Positions 1 through 9,940 are shown, numbered from the stretch's first letter. The stretch: DNA of 64,000 nucleotides from Thermovirgaceae bacterium (GCA_040767805.1 JAXGNU010000001.1:96001-160000), one strand, 5' to 3'. Numbers and translations: made by a program. Notes: a model not told the origin generated them from the letters alone.

Positions 1-833
1 ACGTATTCCGTCTCGAGCAAGGCGGCATGGGCCGCGTATTGCCCTACCCTGCTGACTTCGAAGACGGGGTGGATCTTGTCGTAGGCATCGGCCACTGTTT
101 TGGGGGCTATCGCGTACCCCACACGAAGGGAGGCCAGGCCGTAGATCTTTGAGAAGGTCCTCGTTATCACGACCCTGCCTATGTCCCTGAACAATTCGAT
201 CCCTGACAGGTATGTTGGGTCATCCACGTATTCGGCGTAGGCCTCGTCGACGACAAGCAGAATTTGCCGGGAGTCCAGCTCATGGGCGAGGCTCAGCATC
301 CTTTCCCGTTCCAAGAACGTCCCCAGCGGATTGCTGGGATTGGACAGGACCACGGCCTTGACCCTTTCAGTACAGGCTTCGACAATGTCCTTTATTTCCC
401 AGGTACCTCCCTCGCGGACAGGTACTTCGACGAAGGCGGCGCCGGAAGCTATGGCCGCCACCCGGTAGAGCGGGTAGGTCGGCACAGGGCAGACTATACC
501 GTCGCCGACCGCGATTATCGAGTGGAAGAGAGAATGAAGGATACTCTCGGTGCCGGCCCCGATGATGATCTCCCCCGTGGAGACACCCCACTTCCGCGCC
601 AGGAGACGCCTGAGCCTGTATGACTGGGGGTCGGGGTACCGGTTCACATTCTCCAGGCTGGTCTGGATCGCTCTCTTGACCGAATCGGGGAGGGGCCATG
701 GGTTCTCGTTTGAACTCAACCGGACGATCTTTTCAAGCCCCAGTTCCCTTTGCAGTTCGCTGATCGGTTTACCGTAACGGTACTTTTCGACGCCCGACAG
801 GTCGTTCCTGATCAAATTCCTAAGCCATGCCAA
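1..833 (-). CDS. hisC: Histidinol-phosphate aminotransferase-like PLP enzyme (runs off the window start)
   Basis: Not in the ORF track. Manual translation gives TTG at 833 with GAGGT 7 nt upstream, then YRYGKPISELQRELGLEKIVRLSSNENPWP, and later NPSNPLG, VVDEAYAEY and TRTFSKIYGLASLRVGY. Confidence 0.9.
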   Translation of the reverse strand, partial: MAWLRNLIRNDLSGVEKYRYGKPISELQRELGLEKIVRLSSNENPWPLPDSVKRAIQTSLENVNRYPDPQSYRLRRLLARKWGVSTGEIIIGAGTESILHSLFHSIIAVGDGIVCPVPTYPLYRVAAIASGAAFVEVPVREGGTWEIKDIVEACTERVKAVVLSNPSNPLGTFLERERMLSLAHELDSRQILLVVDEAYAEYVDDPTYLSGIELFRDIGRVVITRTFSKIYGLASLRVGYAIAPKTVADAYDKIHPVFEVSRVGQYAAHAALLETEY

Positions 834-860
834 TTTTCATACCTCGCTTTTTGACGGGCC

Positions 861-2144
861 TCACCATTTGAGGTCACCGTTCTCCTCGGACACGACGATC
901 TTGACCTGTCCGCCGAGGCTCCTTATCTTTTCGTCCATCCTTTCGTAACCCCGCCAAATATGCCCGAGACCGAAGAGGGATGTTTCGTCCGGGGAGGAAA
1001 GCCCGGCTATCACGAGGGCTGCTCCAGCTCTCAGGTCTGTGGCCCTGACGTCGGCTCCGTTGAGCGATGGGATACCGGAGACCACGGCGGTATTCCCCTG
1101 GAGTTCTATGTTGGCGCCCATCCTCTTCAGTTCGCTCACGTGGAGGAAACGAGATTCGAATACACCTTCCTGGATGATGCTCGTCCCCTCCGAGATGGCC
1201 ATGAGAGCCGTGAACTGGGGCTGCACATCCGTAGGGAAACCCGGGTAAGGGAGCGTCTTCAGGGATACGCTCTTCATGGGGTACTTCCAGAAGGCCCTGA
1301 CCCTGTCCTCCCCTGCTTCGATGCCGACCCCCGCTTCCTCCAGTTTGGCCGTGATGGCGTCGAGATGTTCCGGGATGACCCGTGAAACCGTCACATCGCC
1401 TTTCGTGGCCGGCCCCGCTATCAAGTAGGTGCTGGCCTCGATCCTGTCGGGAATAATTTCTATCTCGCACCCCTCGAGTTCGCTGGTGCCCTGGATGTGG
1501 AGGGTGCCGGTGCCGGATCCCTCTATCGAACACCCCATGAGGTTCAACGTCTCGATGAGGTTCTTGATCTCCGGTTCACGGGCGGCATTTTCTATCACCG
1601 TCTCACCTTCAGCAAAGACCGCCGCCATGAGAAGGTTTTCCGTGGCCCCTACGGAGGGGAAGTCGAGGTAGATCTTCGAACCCTTCAACGCTTCGGCGCT
1701 GGCGTGCACCGCCCCGTGGACCAAGTCGATATTTGCACCCAATCGCGCGAGTCCCTTAAGGTGTAAGTCAATGGGCCTGCTGCCGATGGCGCAACCGCCG
1801 GGAAGGGGGAGAATCGCCCTTTTAGTCCGAGCCAGCAGGGGCCCCAAGACAAGGGAAGAGGCTCTCATCTTCCGGACCAGGGATTTGGGCGTCTCCCAGT
1901 TGAGCTCCTCGGGGACGAAAATGCTCATCTCGTTGTCCTTGAAGTGCACGCTCGCGCCCAAGTGCCTCAGGAGGTCGGCCATGGTGAAGATATCCTGCAA
2001 CTTGGGAACCCTCCGCAACCTGAGGGTTTTGTCTCTCAGAAGCAAGGAGGATGCTATCACGGGAAGGGCGGCGTTTTTCGCTCCCTGTATGTCGATGGAT
2101 CCCTCCAGCGGTTTGCCCCCGTGGATCAACATTTTATAGTTCAA
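861..2144 (-). CDS. murA: UDP-N-acetylglucosamine 1-carboxyvinyltransferase
   Basis: GAKNAALP, MRAS, LPGGCAIGSRP (active-site Cys), SVGATEN, GFPTD and DLRAGA motifs. Confidence 0.98.
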   Translation of the reverse strand: MNYKMLIHGGKPLEGSIDIQGAKNAALPVIASSLLLRDKTLRLRRVPKLQDIFTMADLLRHLGASVHFKDNEMSIFVPEELNWETPKSLVRKMRASSLVLGPLLARTKRAILPLPGGCAIGSRPIDLHLKGLARLGANIDLVHGAVHASAEALKGSKIYLDFPSVGATENLLMAAVFAEGETVIENAAREPEIKNLIETLNLMGCSIEGSGTGTLHIQGTSELEGCEIEIIPDRIEASTYLIAGPATKGDVTVSRVIPEHLDAITAKLEEAGVGIEAGEDRVRAFWKYPMKSVSLKTLPYPGFPTDVQPQFTALMAISEGTSIIQEGVFESRFLHVSELKRMGANIELQGNTAVVSGIPSLNGADVRATDLRAGAALVIAGLSSPDETSLFGLGHIWRGYERMDEKIRSLGGQVKIVVSEENGDLKW

Positions 2145-2162
2145 AAGATCACCCCTTAAGGT

Positions 2163-3350
2163 CTATTGTATCAGGCCGTCTCCGCCCGGATTGAGCCGGG
2201 TCTCTGATAAAAAAAGTTCTTCGATGGACCCGACGATCTTCTCCGAAGCGTCCCCGGAACCGAAGGGGAGTTCGCCCTGGGCCGCGTCACCGGGAAACCC
2301 CTCCCAGTCCCCCCGGAGAACTCTTCTCGCGGCGGCCAGGATGCGGTCCGGGTCGGTCCCGACGAGAAGGGAAGTCCCAAACTCGATCGCCTCGGGGCGT
2401 TCTGTCAACTCCCTCATGACCAGCGTGGGGGTCCTCAGGACGGTGGTCTCCTCCTGGATCCCCCCGCTGTCGGTGAGGATGAGATCGCTCCTCTTCATGG
2501 ACCAGATAAAGTCGGGATAATCCAGCGGCTCACAGAGAATTATCCTTTTCTCTTTCGGGAGCGTCTCATGGAATACCCTCCTGACCTCCGGGTTCCGATG
2601 CATGGGGACTATCGCCCAAAGGTCGGCATTCTCCGCCATTAACGTGGCGACGGCGGTACAGATCCCCCTGAGGGGTTCGCCCCAGGATTCCCTCCTGTGA
2701 GCGGTCAAGAGCATCACCGGCGACGAGGGCGGTATGGACGAGAGAACCTCGACGGAGGGCGAGGAAACCTTCTCTGCGGCGAGAACCAAGGCATCGATGA
2801 CGGTGTTTCCCGTCTTTACCACCCTCGAAGGGTCGCACCCCTCCTTGAGGAGATTGTCCCTCGCACCTTCCGTCGGGGCAAACCACCAACCGGCCACGCG
2901 GTCGGAGATGATCCTGTTCAATTCCTCGGGGAAGGGCAAGTTCACATTCCCGCTCCTCAAGCCAGCCTCGACATGGCCGATCCGGTATCGCCGGTAGAAA
3001 GCCGCCAAGGAAGCGGCCATCGACGTGGTAGTGTCGCCATGGACTAGAACGAAAAAGGGCTTGAGTTCCTCCAGGATTGCCCCAACTTCCATGAGCACCC
3101 TGGAAGTAATATAATCCAGGCTCTGGCCCTCCTTCATGATGGCCAGGTCCCGGTCGGGCTCGATGCCGAAGAAATCGAGGGGCTGCCTCATCATGCAACT
3201 GTGCTGACCCGTGGCGAGCACATAGGGCGAAAGGAGGGCGCTCTTCCTTAGCGCGAGTATGACGGGGGCCATCTTGATCGCTTCCGGCCGGGTGCCGATG
3301 ACGCAGCAGACAACGCCCTTCGCGGACACGTCCCTTCGATCCTTTCTCAT
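2163..3350 (-). CDS. wecB: UDP-GlcNAc 2-epimerase (non-hydrolysing)
   Basis: GTRPEAIKMAP, TGQH, VHGDTTT, HVEAGLRS, HRRE and TDSGGIQEE motifs. ATG at 3350 overlaps the upstream stop (ATGA). Confidence 0.96.
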   Translation of the reverse strand: MRKDRRDVSAKGVVCCVIGTRPEAIKMAPVILALRKSALLSPYVLATGQHSCMMRQPLDFFGIEPDRDLAIMKEGQSLDYITSRVLMEVGAILEELKPFFVLVHGDTTTSMAASLAAFYRRYRIGHVEAGLRSGNVNLPFPEELNRIISDRVAGWWFAPTEGARDNLLKEGCDPSRVVKTGNTVIDALVLAAEKVSSPSVEVLSSIPPSSPVMLLTAHRRESWGEPLRGICTAVATLMAENADLWAIVPMHRNPEVRRVFHETLPKEKRIILCEPLDYPDFIWSMKRSDLILTDSGGIQEETTVLRTPTLVMRELTERPEAIEFGTSLLVGTDPDRILAAARRVLRGDWEGFPGDAAQGELPFGSGDASEKIVGSIEELFLSETRLNPGGDGLIQ

Positions 3351-4228
3351 GTCGCCCTTCGTCCCAGGAGAAAGATGGCCATCCATAGCGATAGTGAGTG
3401 GAGTGAGACCAGGATGGCCAGGACCGCCGAAAGAGGCAACCCCCTGTCGACCAGCAGGTGGTGGAAATGCCCCCGGTCCGGCTGGAAGGGGGAGATGCCC
3501 TTTAACGCCCTCCGGAGGAGGGAGTAAAGGGTGTCCGCCACGGGCACCCCCCCGACGAGGAGCATGGCCAGGAGCCAGGAGAGGATCCCCTTCCCTTCGA
3601 GTAGGGCCGGTAAGTCCCTGGCGAACTGGGAGACGCAGAGGAAACCTATCAGGGTGCTGCCGCCATCACCAAGGAAAGTCCTGGCGAAGGGGTAATTCCA
3701 GGGTAGCACGCCCAGGGAAAGCCCAAGAGCGACCGACCACCATGACCCCCCGGTGAGGTATAGGCCCGTAAGAGCCGTCAGTGAGAAAACGGTCAGGGAG
3801 AGGCCGTTTATTCCGTCCACCAGGTTATAGGCACTGGTGGTTCCGGTGATCCAAAGAATGACCGCCGCCTTCACGACCGGCTGGACCGGGATGCTCCAGG
3901 CGATAGTGACCGCGGCGGCGAGGTGGACCGCCAGCTTCCACGAGGCGGGAAGAGGGCGCATATCATCCATGTAGCCGAAAAGGAATACCACCGTCGCCCC
4001 GGTGGCAATGAGCCTGACGACCCCGCCCGGGTTGGGAACGAGGATGGCGTAGAGCAGGTAACCCACCCAGATGACTATCCCGGCGCCCCTCGGTGTGGTC
4101 GTGGGGTGTCTTTTCCTTCCGCCCGGTTCATCGACGATACCGTACTGCCGTGACAAGAATATCGATAGGGGTGTAACCGCCAGCGACCAGACCAGAAATA
4201 CCAGGAAAAGGACAAGTTTTTCCCGCAA
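3347..4228 (-). CDS. MraY/WecA/TagO family undecaprenyl-phosphate GlcNAc-1-phosphate transferase
   Basis: Multi-TM protein with intact motifs VDEPGGRKRH, GYMDD, NLVDGINGL, FLGDGGS and DRGHFHH. Confidence 0.92.
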   Translation of the reverse strand: MREKLVLFLVFLVWSLAVTPLSIFLSRQYGIVDEPGGRKRHPTTTPRGAGIVIWVGYLLYAILVPNPGGVVRLIATGATVVFLFGYMDDMRPLPASWKLAVHLAAAVTIAWSIPVQPVVKAAVILWITGTTSAYNLVDGINGLSLTVFSLTALTGLYLTGGSWWSVALGLSLGVLPWNYPFARTFLGDGGSTLIGFLCVSQFARDLPALLEGKGILSWLLAMLLVGGVPVADTLYSLLRRALKGISPFQPDRGHFHHLLVDRGLPLSAVLAILVSLHSLSLWMAIFLLGRRAT

Positions 4229-4260
4229 ACCCAGTATCCTCCCTATGCTTTGGGGATGGC

Positions 4261-5361
4261 CTACCTTGTTCCGAAAAGGCGGTCGCCCGCATCCCCCAAC
4301 CCCGGGACTATGTAGCCATGGTCATCGAGGTGGCTGTCCAGGGCGGCCGTGAAGATGGTTACATCGGGGTGGCTGCCGTGGACCCTTGAAACACCCTCGG
4401 GGGCCGCTATCAAGCTGAGAAGGGAGATCTTCGATCCCCCCTTGTTTTTTACAAGATCGATGGCCGCGACGGCCGAACCCCCCGTCGCGAGCATGGGATC
4501 GACGATGATGATATCCCTTTCCCCGATATCACCGGGCAACTTGCAATAATACTCGTGGGGCTCCAGTGTTCCGGGGTCCCTGTATATTCCGATGTGCCCT
4601 ACCTTGGCGTTGGGGATGAGCTGGAGCATGCCGTCGACCATGCCCAAACCCGCTCTCAATATCGGTACGATGGCGATCTTCTTGCCGGAAATGGATCTCA
4701 CCGTGGTGGTCGTTATCGGCGTCTCGACAGTAACAGGCTCCAGGGGCAGGTTCCTGGTGGTCTCGTAGACCATCAGGCCGGCGATCTCCTGGACCAGCTC
4801 ACGGAAAACCTTAACCGAAGTGTTCTTGTTCCTAATGATGCCGATCTTGTGCTGTATCAGGGGGTGGTCGAAGGTGACAAGCCTTGGGGATCCTTCCGGT
4901 TCATTCACAGTAGAAGTACTTATCTCCTCGAAAGAGCTGATCTTCCTGATCCTGGCGGAGTGCCTTGAACCCTGGAATTCGGCCGAAAGCCACGCTCTCA
5001 CTATCCTGATCCCCGACTCGCAATCGGTCTTTCTTCCGCCAAGGGTCAGTATGTTAGCGTCATTATGCTCCCTGGCGAGCTTGCCCGTCTCTTCGTCATA
5101 GGCAAGGGCCGCGCGTATACCCGGGATCTTGTTGGCGGCAATGGACATCCCGATGCCGGTGCCGCATACCAGGATCCCAAGGTCATACTCCCTCCTCACC
5201 ACCCTGGATCCAACGTCGAAGGCCGCATCGGGGTAGTCAAAGGGGATTCCCGGGCCCTGGGCGCCGAAATCCCCCGTTGTGATCGATAATCCCTGCAGCG
5301 ACTTTTCAATACAGCTCTTAAGATTGAAGCCGGCGTGGTCTGAGCCAAGCGCGATCCGCAT
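4261..5361 (-). CDS. upp: Fused ribose-5-phosphate isomerase B / uracil phosphoribosyltransferase
   Basis: N-terminal SDHAG, CGTGIG and EHNDAN (RpiB). C-terminal [16 protein letters not shown] and [15 protein letters not shown] (Upp). One continuous frame of 366 aa. Confidence 0.95.
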   Translation of the reverse strand: MRIALGSDHAGFNLKSCIEKSLQGLSITTGDFGAQGPGIPFDYPDAAFDVGSRVVRREYDLGILVCGTGIGMSIAANKIPGIRAALAYDEETGKLAREHNDANILTLGGRKTDCESGIRIVRAWLSAEFQGSRHSARIRKISSFEEISTSTVNEPEGSPRLVTFDHPLIQHKIGIIRNKNTSVKVFRELVQEIAGLMVYETTRNLPLEPVTVETPITTTTVRSISGKKIAIVPILRAGLGMVDGMLQLIPNAKVGHIGIYRDPGTLEPHEYYCKLPGDIGERDIIIVDPMLATGGSAVAAIDLVKNKGGSKISLLSLIAAPEGVSRVHGSHPDVTIFTAALDSHLDDHGYIVPGLGDAGDRLFGTR

Positions 5362-5442
5362 TCCATTGCCCCCTGTCCTGGTATCACTTTATCATCATAT
5401 CATCCTCGGGCCGGCTGAAATGGCAGGCGCCGCTCCAGCCCA

Positions 5443-6405
5443 TCAGCGCGATAATACCTTCGAAAGGAGATCGTCGGCCACGGTGTAAGGGTCGGTCCTC
5501 CGATACTCAAGGTCTTCAAGGATGCCGGCGGATATGCGGTCCTCCCAAGATGTTTCGGCGATCTTGGCTATCTCCCTTTTTACTATTTCCTCGACTTCCA
5601 GGCGATGGCGCCGTCGTTTTCTCCGTTCTCCCTCTGGGGACGATGCCAGGTAGAGCCGGTGATCCGAAAGGGACCTGGCGGCTAGGTCGACCCCTTCCCC
5701 GCTTTCGGCGATGGTGGGTATCACCGGGGGCCTCCAATCCTTGCCGCTCTGCAGGTCCAACATGATGTTCACTTCCCGCACGATCCTTTCCGTGCCGTCC
5801 CTATCCGCCTTGTTCACGATGAAAACATCGGCGATCTCCATGATCCCCGCTTTCATTATCTGGATATCGTCCCCCATGCCTGGAACGAGGAGCAGGGCAA
5901 CGGTGTCGGCGATCTTGACGATGTCGATCTCAGACTGACCGACGCCGACGGTTTCAATCAGGACGACATCCTTGCCGCAAGCGTCGAGGATGAGCGCCGC
6001 CTCGTAAGTTCCCCGGCTTAACCCACCCAGGGAACCCCTGGAACCCATGCTCCGGATGAAAACCCCGGGATCCAGGCTGTGTCGCTGCATCCTAAGCCTG
6101 TCCCCGAGTACCGCCCCCCCCGTAAAGGGGCTGGAGGGGTCAACGGCAATGACCCCCACGCTTTGACCCGCCGCCATCATGGCGGATATCAGCTTGTCCA
6201 AAAAAGTGCTTTTCCCCGCGCCTGGGCTTCCCGTAACACCTATCAAATGGGCTTTCCCGGTGTGGGGGTATACCCTTTGCATGATCTTCCTGGAACGATC
6301 CGCCTCGCTTTCCACGGCGGTGATAAGTCTCGCGATGGACCGGGGATCTCCCCCGAGGGCTTTTTCGATGACCCTGTCCAAGGTTAACCCATTCCCTTCT
6401 TTCAA
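5443..6405 (-). CDS. meaB: MeaB/ArgK family GTPase (B12 mutase metallochaperone)
   Basis: GSPGAGKS, AVDPSSP, LGDRLRM, ETVGVGQSE, KAGIMEIAD and NKAD motifs. Confidence 0.93.
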   Translation of the reverse strand: MKEGNGLTLDRVIEKALGGDPRSIARLITAVESEADRSRKIMQRVYPHTGKAHLIGVTGSPGAGKSTFLDKLISAMMAAGQSVGVIAVDPSSPFTGGAVLGDRLRMQRHSLDPGVFIRSMGSRGSLGGLSRGTYEAALILDACGKDVVLIETVGVGQSEIDIVKIADTVALLLVPGMGDDIQIMKAGIMEIADVFIVNKADRDGTERIVREVNIMLDLQSGKDWRPPVIPTIAESGEGVDLAARSLSDHRLYLASSPEGERRKRRRHRLEVEEIVKREIAKIAETSWEDRISAGILEDLEYRRTDPYTVADDLLSKVLSR

Positions 6406-6426
6406 TGAACTGGTTTTACGGGAGGC

Positions 6427-6639
6427 TCACCTTTTCAGGATGTCGATCCCGGCAAAGGAGTACATGCCCAAGGTTATGGCCGCCGCGAACAAAAAACCGA
6501 GAAGGACCCTAAGGTAAGTGACCCAGAGCGCCCCGCCAGGCCATTTCCCTGAAGAGATATTCACTATCATCCTGGAAAGGAAAAGGCAGAGGACGAAGAG
6601 GAAGAGTGCCGCCAGCGCCTGGACATTTACCGAGGACAT
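6427..6639 (-). CDS. Small 2-TM hypothetical membrane protein (70 aa)
   Basis: Fills the gap on the operon strand, GGGGG RBS before ATG, two hydrophobic helices separated by SSGKWPGG. Confidence 0.75.
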   Translation of the reverse strand: MSSVNVQALAALFLFVLCLFLSRMIVNISSGKWPGGALWVTYLRVLLGFLFAAAITLGMYSFAGIDILKR

Positions 6640-6682
6640 GCCGTTACCCCCATATTACGAAAGATCCACTCCCCGGCTCTGT

Positions 6683-6691
6683 ATTGTAACA
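6683..6691 (-). promoter_or_regulatory. Extended -10 promoter element (TGtTACAAT) for the small membrane protein and meaB
   Basis: Lies between a terminator and the ORF start. Confidence 0.5.
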
Positions 6692-6725
6692 GTAAAAGGG
6701 GGCGGATGCCCCGAAGGTCCCCACG

Positions 6726-6749
6726 AAAAAAGGCCGCCTTTCGGCGGCC
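6726..6749 (-). terminator. Rho-independent terminator
   Basis: GGCCGCC-GAAA-GGCGGCC-TTTTTT on the minus strand. Confidence 0.9.
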
Positions 6750-6773
6750 GGGGTGGGAAGGATGTACGTCGGC

Positions 6774-7745
6774 CTAGGCCGTTCCTGTCGTGCTTTCGAT
6801 CATTTGTGATGGTACCTGGATCTGTTTCAGGATTGATATGGCCACTTCCAGGGCCCTCTTGCCGTCCATGATACCCACCAGGGGCTGTTTCCCCTCCCTG
6901 ACACAGGTGACGAAATGCTGCAACTCGAGTTTAAGGGGCTCTCTTTTCGGGAACACCGGGTGCTCTATGACCTCCACAAGGCCGCATTCCTTCTCCTGTA
7001 CGCAACGGTGGATGGATACGTCCTGGGTTTCGTAGTTGACCGTGACAAACCTCTCGGGTTCCATTATTTCCAGTTGTCTCAATCTTCTTTCGGAGACGCG
7101 GCTCACCAGGATTTGTGCAAGGGTTCCGTTCTCGAAAGAGATCTGGGCCGTGGCTATATCCTCGAGAGAAGACCTGACAGACCTCCCCATGGCCGAAATG
7201 GCAGATATCTCGGAATGGACAAGGGAGAGGATGATATCGATATCGTGGATCATCAGGTCCAGCACGACGCCCACGTCACTTATCCTGGAGCTGAAAGGCC
7301 CGATCCTCCTGGACTGGAGGAAGAGGGGCTCCTTGATGATGTTCCTCACGTGCTGCACCGCGCTGTTAAACCGTTCGATGTGGCCGACCTGGAGTACCAG
7401 GTTTTGAGCGGCCGCCAGCTGCAGAAGCACCACGGCTTCTTCCACGGTGGACGTGACAGGTTTTTCGATCAGGACGTGGATCCCGGCGGAGAGGGCCCTC
7501 TTCGCCGACTCGAAGTGTTGGACGGTGGGGACCACGACGCTGACGGCGTCGGGGCGGGCATGACGGTAGAAGGTTTCGACGTCGGAATAGAAGGGCACCC
7601 TCAACAGTTCCCCGACGGCGGCCGCCCTTTCGGGGTTGGTGTCCATTATCCCGACGACGTCGGTGTTAAGAAGTTCCGTGTACACCCGGGCGTGGTGAAA
7701 CCCAAGGTGTCCGACACCTATAACGCCGACCCTTACCGGTTCCAT
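6774..7745 (-). CDS. Gfo/Idh/MocA family NAD(P) oxidoreductase (GnnA-like)
   Basis: GVIGVGHLG, LIEKP, VGHIERFN and DLMIHDID motifs. ATG at 7745 has a GGGAGG RBS. Confidence 0.9.
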   Translation of the reverse strand: MEPVRVGVIGVGHLGFHHARVYTELLNTDVVGIMDTNPERAAAVGELLRVPFYSDVETFYRHARPDAVSVVVPTVQHFESAKRALSAGIHVLIEKPVTSTVEEAVVLLQLAAAQNLVLQVGHIERFNSAVQHVRNIIKEPLFLQSRRIGPFSSRISDVGVVLDLMIHDIDIILSLVHSEISAISAMGRSVRSSLEDIATAQISFENGTLAQILVSRVSERRLRQLEIMEPERFVTVNYETQDVSIHRCVQEKECGLVEVIEHPVFPKREPLKLELQHFVTCVREGKQPLVGIMDGKRALEVAISILKQIQVPSQMIESTTGTA

Positions 7746-7792
7746 CCAAGAACCTCCCGCCACATTAATCTTTGGCTTTTTTCAAGACCCCT

Positions 7793-8596
7793 TCAAACCT
7801 TATTCTCCCACCAAAGGTTCGGTTTTTGGAATCCTTCACGAAACCCCGCAAGAAGAAGGGATTTCCCGATCCGGTCCCCTTTTCTGTAAGAATAGTAGTC
7901 GCCGGAAGAACAAGAGGTACATTGGTCGATACGGGTGATGTTCCCCTCGGGGACATTCAAGTCATATAAAGTTGTAATAATCGCACGAGGGAGGTCAAAA
8001 TAGGCCATCCCCTTCTCCACGCGCCAGGAGTCCCCCGGCAGTTGCTTCAGACCATCCCGGGTCCTTGGGTCGTCGAGTTTTCTTGAGTAGCAACAGGGTC
8101 CTATCCCGGGGCCTACCCAGAAGTGGGTTTCCTCAAAGGAGGCTGACCCTGTGGCCCTCATCGCCGCCTTCAGAGCTTCACCGGTCACTCCCCTGGTGGT
8201 GCCGACGAAGCCGGAGTGCACGAGGAGCACCCAGGGCCGGGGCCGACCGCCGACGGCTACCACGGGGATGCAGTCGGCGAACCGCAGGCTGCCGAAGACT
8301 CCCGGCCTTCTCACCAAGAGTGCGTCCCCCTCAGGCCTGGCCGGAAGCGACGTGGACGGCAGTGCTTCGATCATCCTCGTGCCGTGCACCTGGGCCGGGG
8401 CAACCAAGGGGGTCCCGTTATCCCTTCCGAAGAGGTGCTGGGAGATCTTGGAGAGGCAACCCCCTGTTTTGCCCATTAAAGGCCCCTTGAGGAACAGTGT
8501 AACTGTCAAAATGTCATCTAATTGGCTGGGCACCAGGTAACGTATCATTCCTTGTCCTTCAAAAGAAGTCTTCTCCCAGCCCCAGTCCAGATCCAT
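7793..8596 (-). CDS. pgeF: PgeF/YfiH (laccase-domain, purine nucleoside phosphorylase-like) protein
   Basis: QVHGT, ADCIP, VHSG, GPGIGPCCY, CTSC and YSYR motifs. Start overlaps the folC stop (TAATG). Confidence 0.85.
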   Translation of the reverse strand: MDLDWGWEKTSFEGQGMIRYLVPSQLDDILTVTLFLKGPLMGKTGGCLSKISQHLFGRDNGTPLVAPAQVHGTRMIEALPSTSLPARPEGDALLVRRPGVFGSLRFADCIPVVAVGGRPRPWVLLVHSGFVGTTRGVTGEALKAAMRATGSASFEETHFWVGPGIGPCCYSRKLDDPRTRDGLKQLPGDSWRVEKGMAYFDLPRAIITTLYDLNVPEGNITRIDQCTSCSSGDYYSYRKGDRIGKSLLLAGFREGFQKPNLWWENKV

Positions 8597-9930
8597 TATC
8601 GCCGGGACTCCCCTTTCCCTCTGGGGGAGAGCCTGGTCATCATGTATCCCAGGAGGTAAAGGCTCCCGCAGATGATGATCTTCTTGTATCGCTTGGAAAC
8701 TACCTCTAGGGCGTTCATGGGGTCCTCGAAGGAAAGGGCCACGCACTTTTTGGAATGGAGCCTGGATAAATCGAGGAGAAAACCCGGCTCGGCGGTTCTT
8801 CCCATGCCCGGTACCCTGGTGAAGGCCACCAGGGGGAAGGACCGGCAGATCCGGGCGACCATGCCCCCGAGGGCCTTATCCTTCATGGCTGTAAAGATGA
8901 CGGCGTATTCGCCGGCCGTCCCGAGGGTCTCGAAGGTATCGGCCAAGGCGTCCACTCCCTGGGGGTTATGGGCACCGTCAAGGACTAGTTCGCAATCCCC
9001 GTACCTGACTCTTTCAAGCCTTCCGCCCCACCTGGTTCTTTCCAGCCCCCCCACTGCGGCCTTCAGGTCCATCCGTGGATACCGGCGGGAGAGAACCTGG
9101 GCCGAAAGAAGGGCCAGCGCGGTGTTTTCGACCTGGTAGGTTCCGCCGAGGGCGGTCTTTACCGGCAGGTATTCCCCGCCCCGGAGAGAGATCTCGAAAC
9201 GGTTGCCCTCGAGGGAGACCTTCAACCCCCTTATTTCCACGGAACGGTACAGGACCTCCCCGGTATTGCCGATCCTTTTGCAATGTTCGAGGTAAAGCCC
9301 TTCCAGGGTCTTGGGCGTGCCCGAAAAGACGCTCCTGCCTCCGGGTCGCAGGACGCTGAACTTTTCCTGGGCGATCTCCTCAAGGGTGTCGCCAAGGTAT
9401 TGGCTGTGGTCAAACCCTATGGCGGTTATGACCGTCAGGGCGACGTCCTTGACCATGTTGGTGGCGTCCAGCCGTCCTCCCATTCCCGCCTCGATGATCG
9501 CCACGTCCGGGGAGCGGTCTCCGATCGCGTCGAAGGCGGCGGCCGTCAGCACCTCGAAGTAGGTAGGCCTGGATCCCGGGTCACCCTGCCCCCCAAGTGC
9601 AGACTCGACCCGGTCAAGGGACCGAAGCAACACACCTTCCTTGACGGGAACGCCTGAAAACCGCAGCCTTTCGGTTATATCCGTCAGGTGCGGGCTGGTG
9701 TAAAGGCAAGTGGTATAACCTGCCTCCAGGAAGAGGGATTCGATCATGGCGGATACGGAACCCTTCCCGTTGGTCCCAACCAGGTGGACGGCGGGGAACG
9801 ATCTCTCCGGATGTCCCATTTTCGACAGCAGCGCCGCTATACGAGACAGCCCCGGCCTGATATAGGGGGAGGACATCTCCTGGAGTCGTTTCTCGATCGT
9901 CTCCGACGAAAGTGAAAACCCCTCATTCAT
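8596..9930 (-). CDS. folC: Folylpolyglutamate synthase / dihydrofolate synthase
   Basis: GTNGKGS, YTSPHL, EAGMGGRLDATN and LDGAHN motifs. Follows valS. Confidence 0.95.
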   Translation of the reverse strand: MNEGFSLSSETIEKRLQEMSSPYIRPGLSRIAALLSKMGHPERSFPAVHLVGTNGKGSVSAMIESLFLEAGYTTCLYTSPHLTDITERLRFSGVPVKEGVLLRSLDRVESALGGQGDPGSRPTYFEVLTAAAFDAIGDRSPDVAIIEAGMGGRLDATNMVKDVALTVITAIGFDHSQYLGDTLEEIAQEKFSVLRPGGRSVFSGTPKTLEGLYLEHCKRIGNTGEVLYRSVEIRGLKVSLEGNRFEISLRGGEYLPVKTALGGTYQVENTALALLSAQVLSRRYPRMDLKAAVGGLERTRWGGRLERVRYGDCELVLDGAHNPQGVDALADTFETLGTAGEYAVIFTAMKDKALGGMVARICRSFPLVAFTRVPGMGRTAEPGFLLDLSRLHSKKCVALSFEDPMNALEVVSKRYKKIIICGSLYLLGYMMTRLSPRGKGESRR

Positions 9931-9940
9931 GGTCGGCCGT

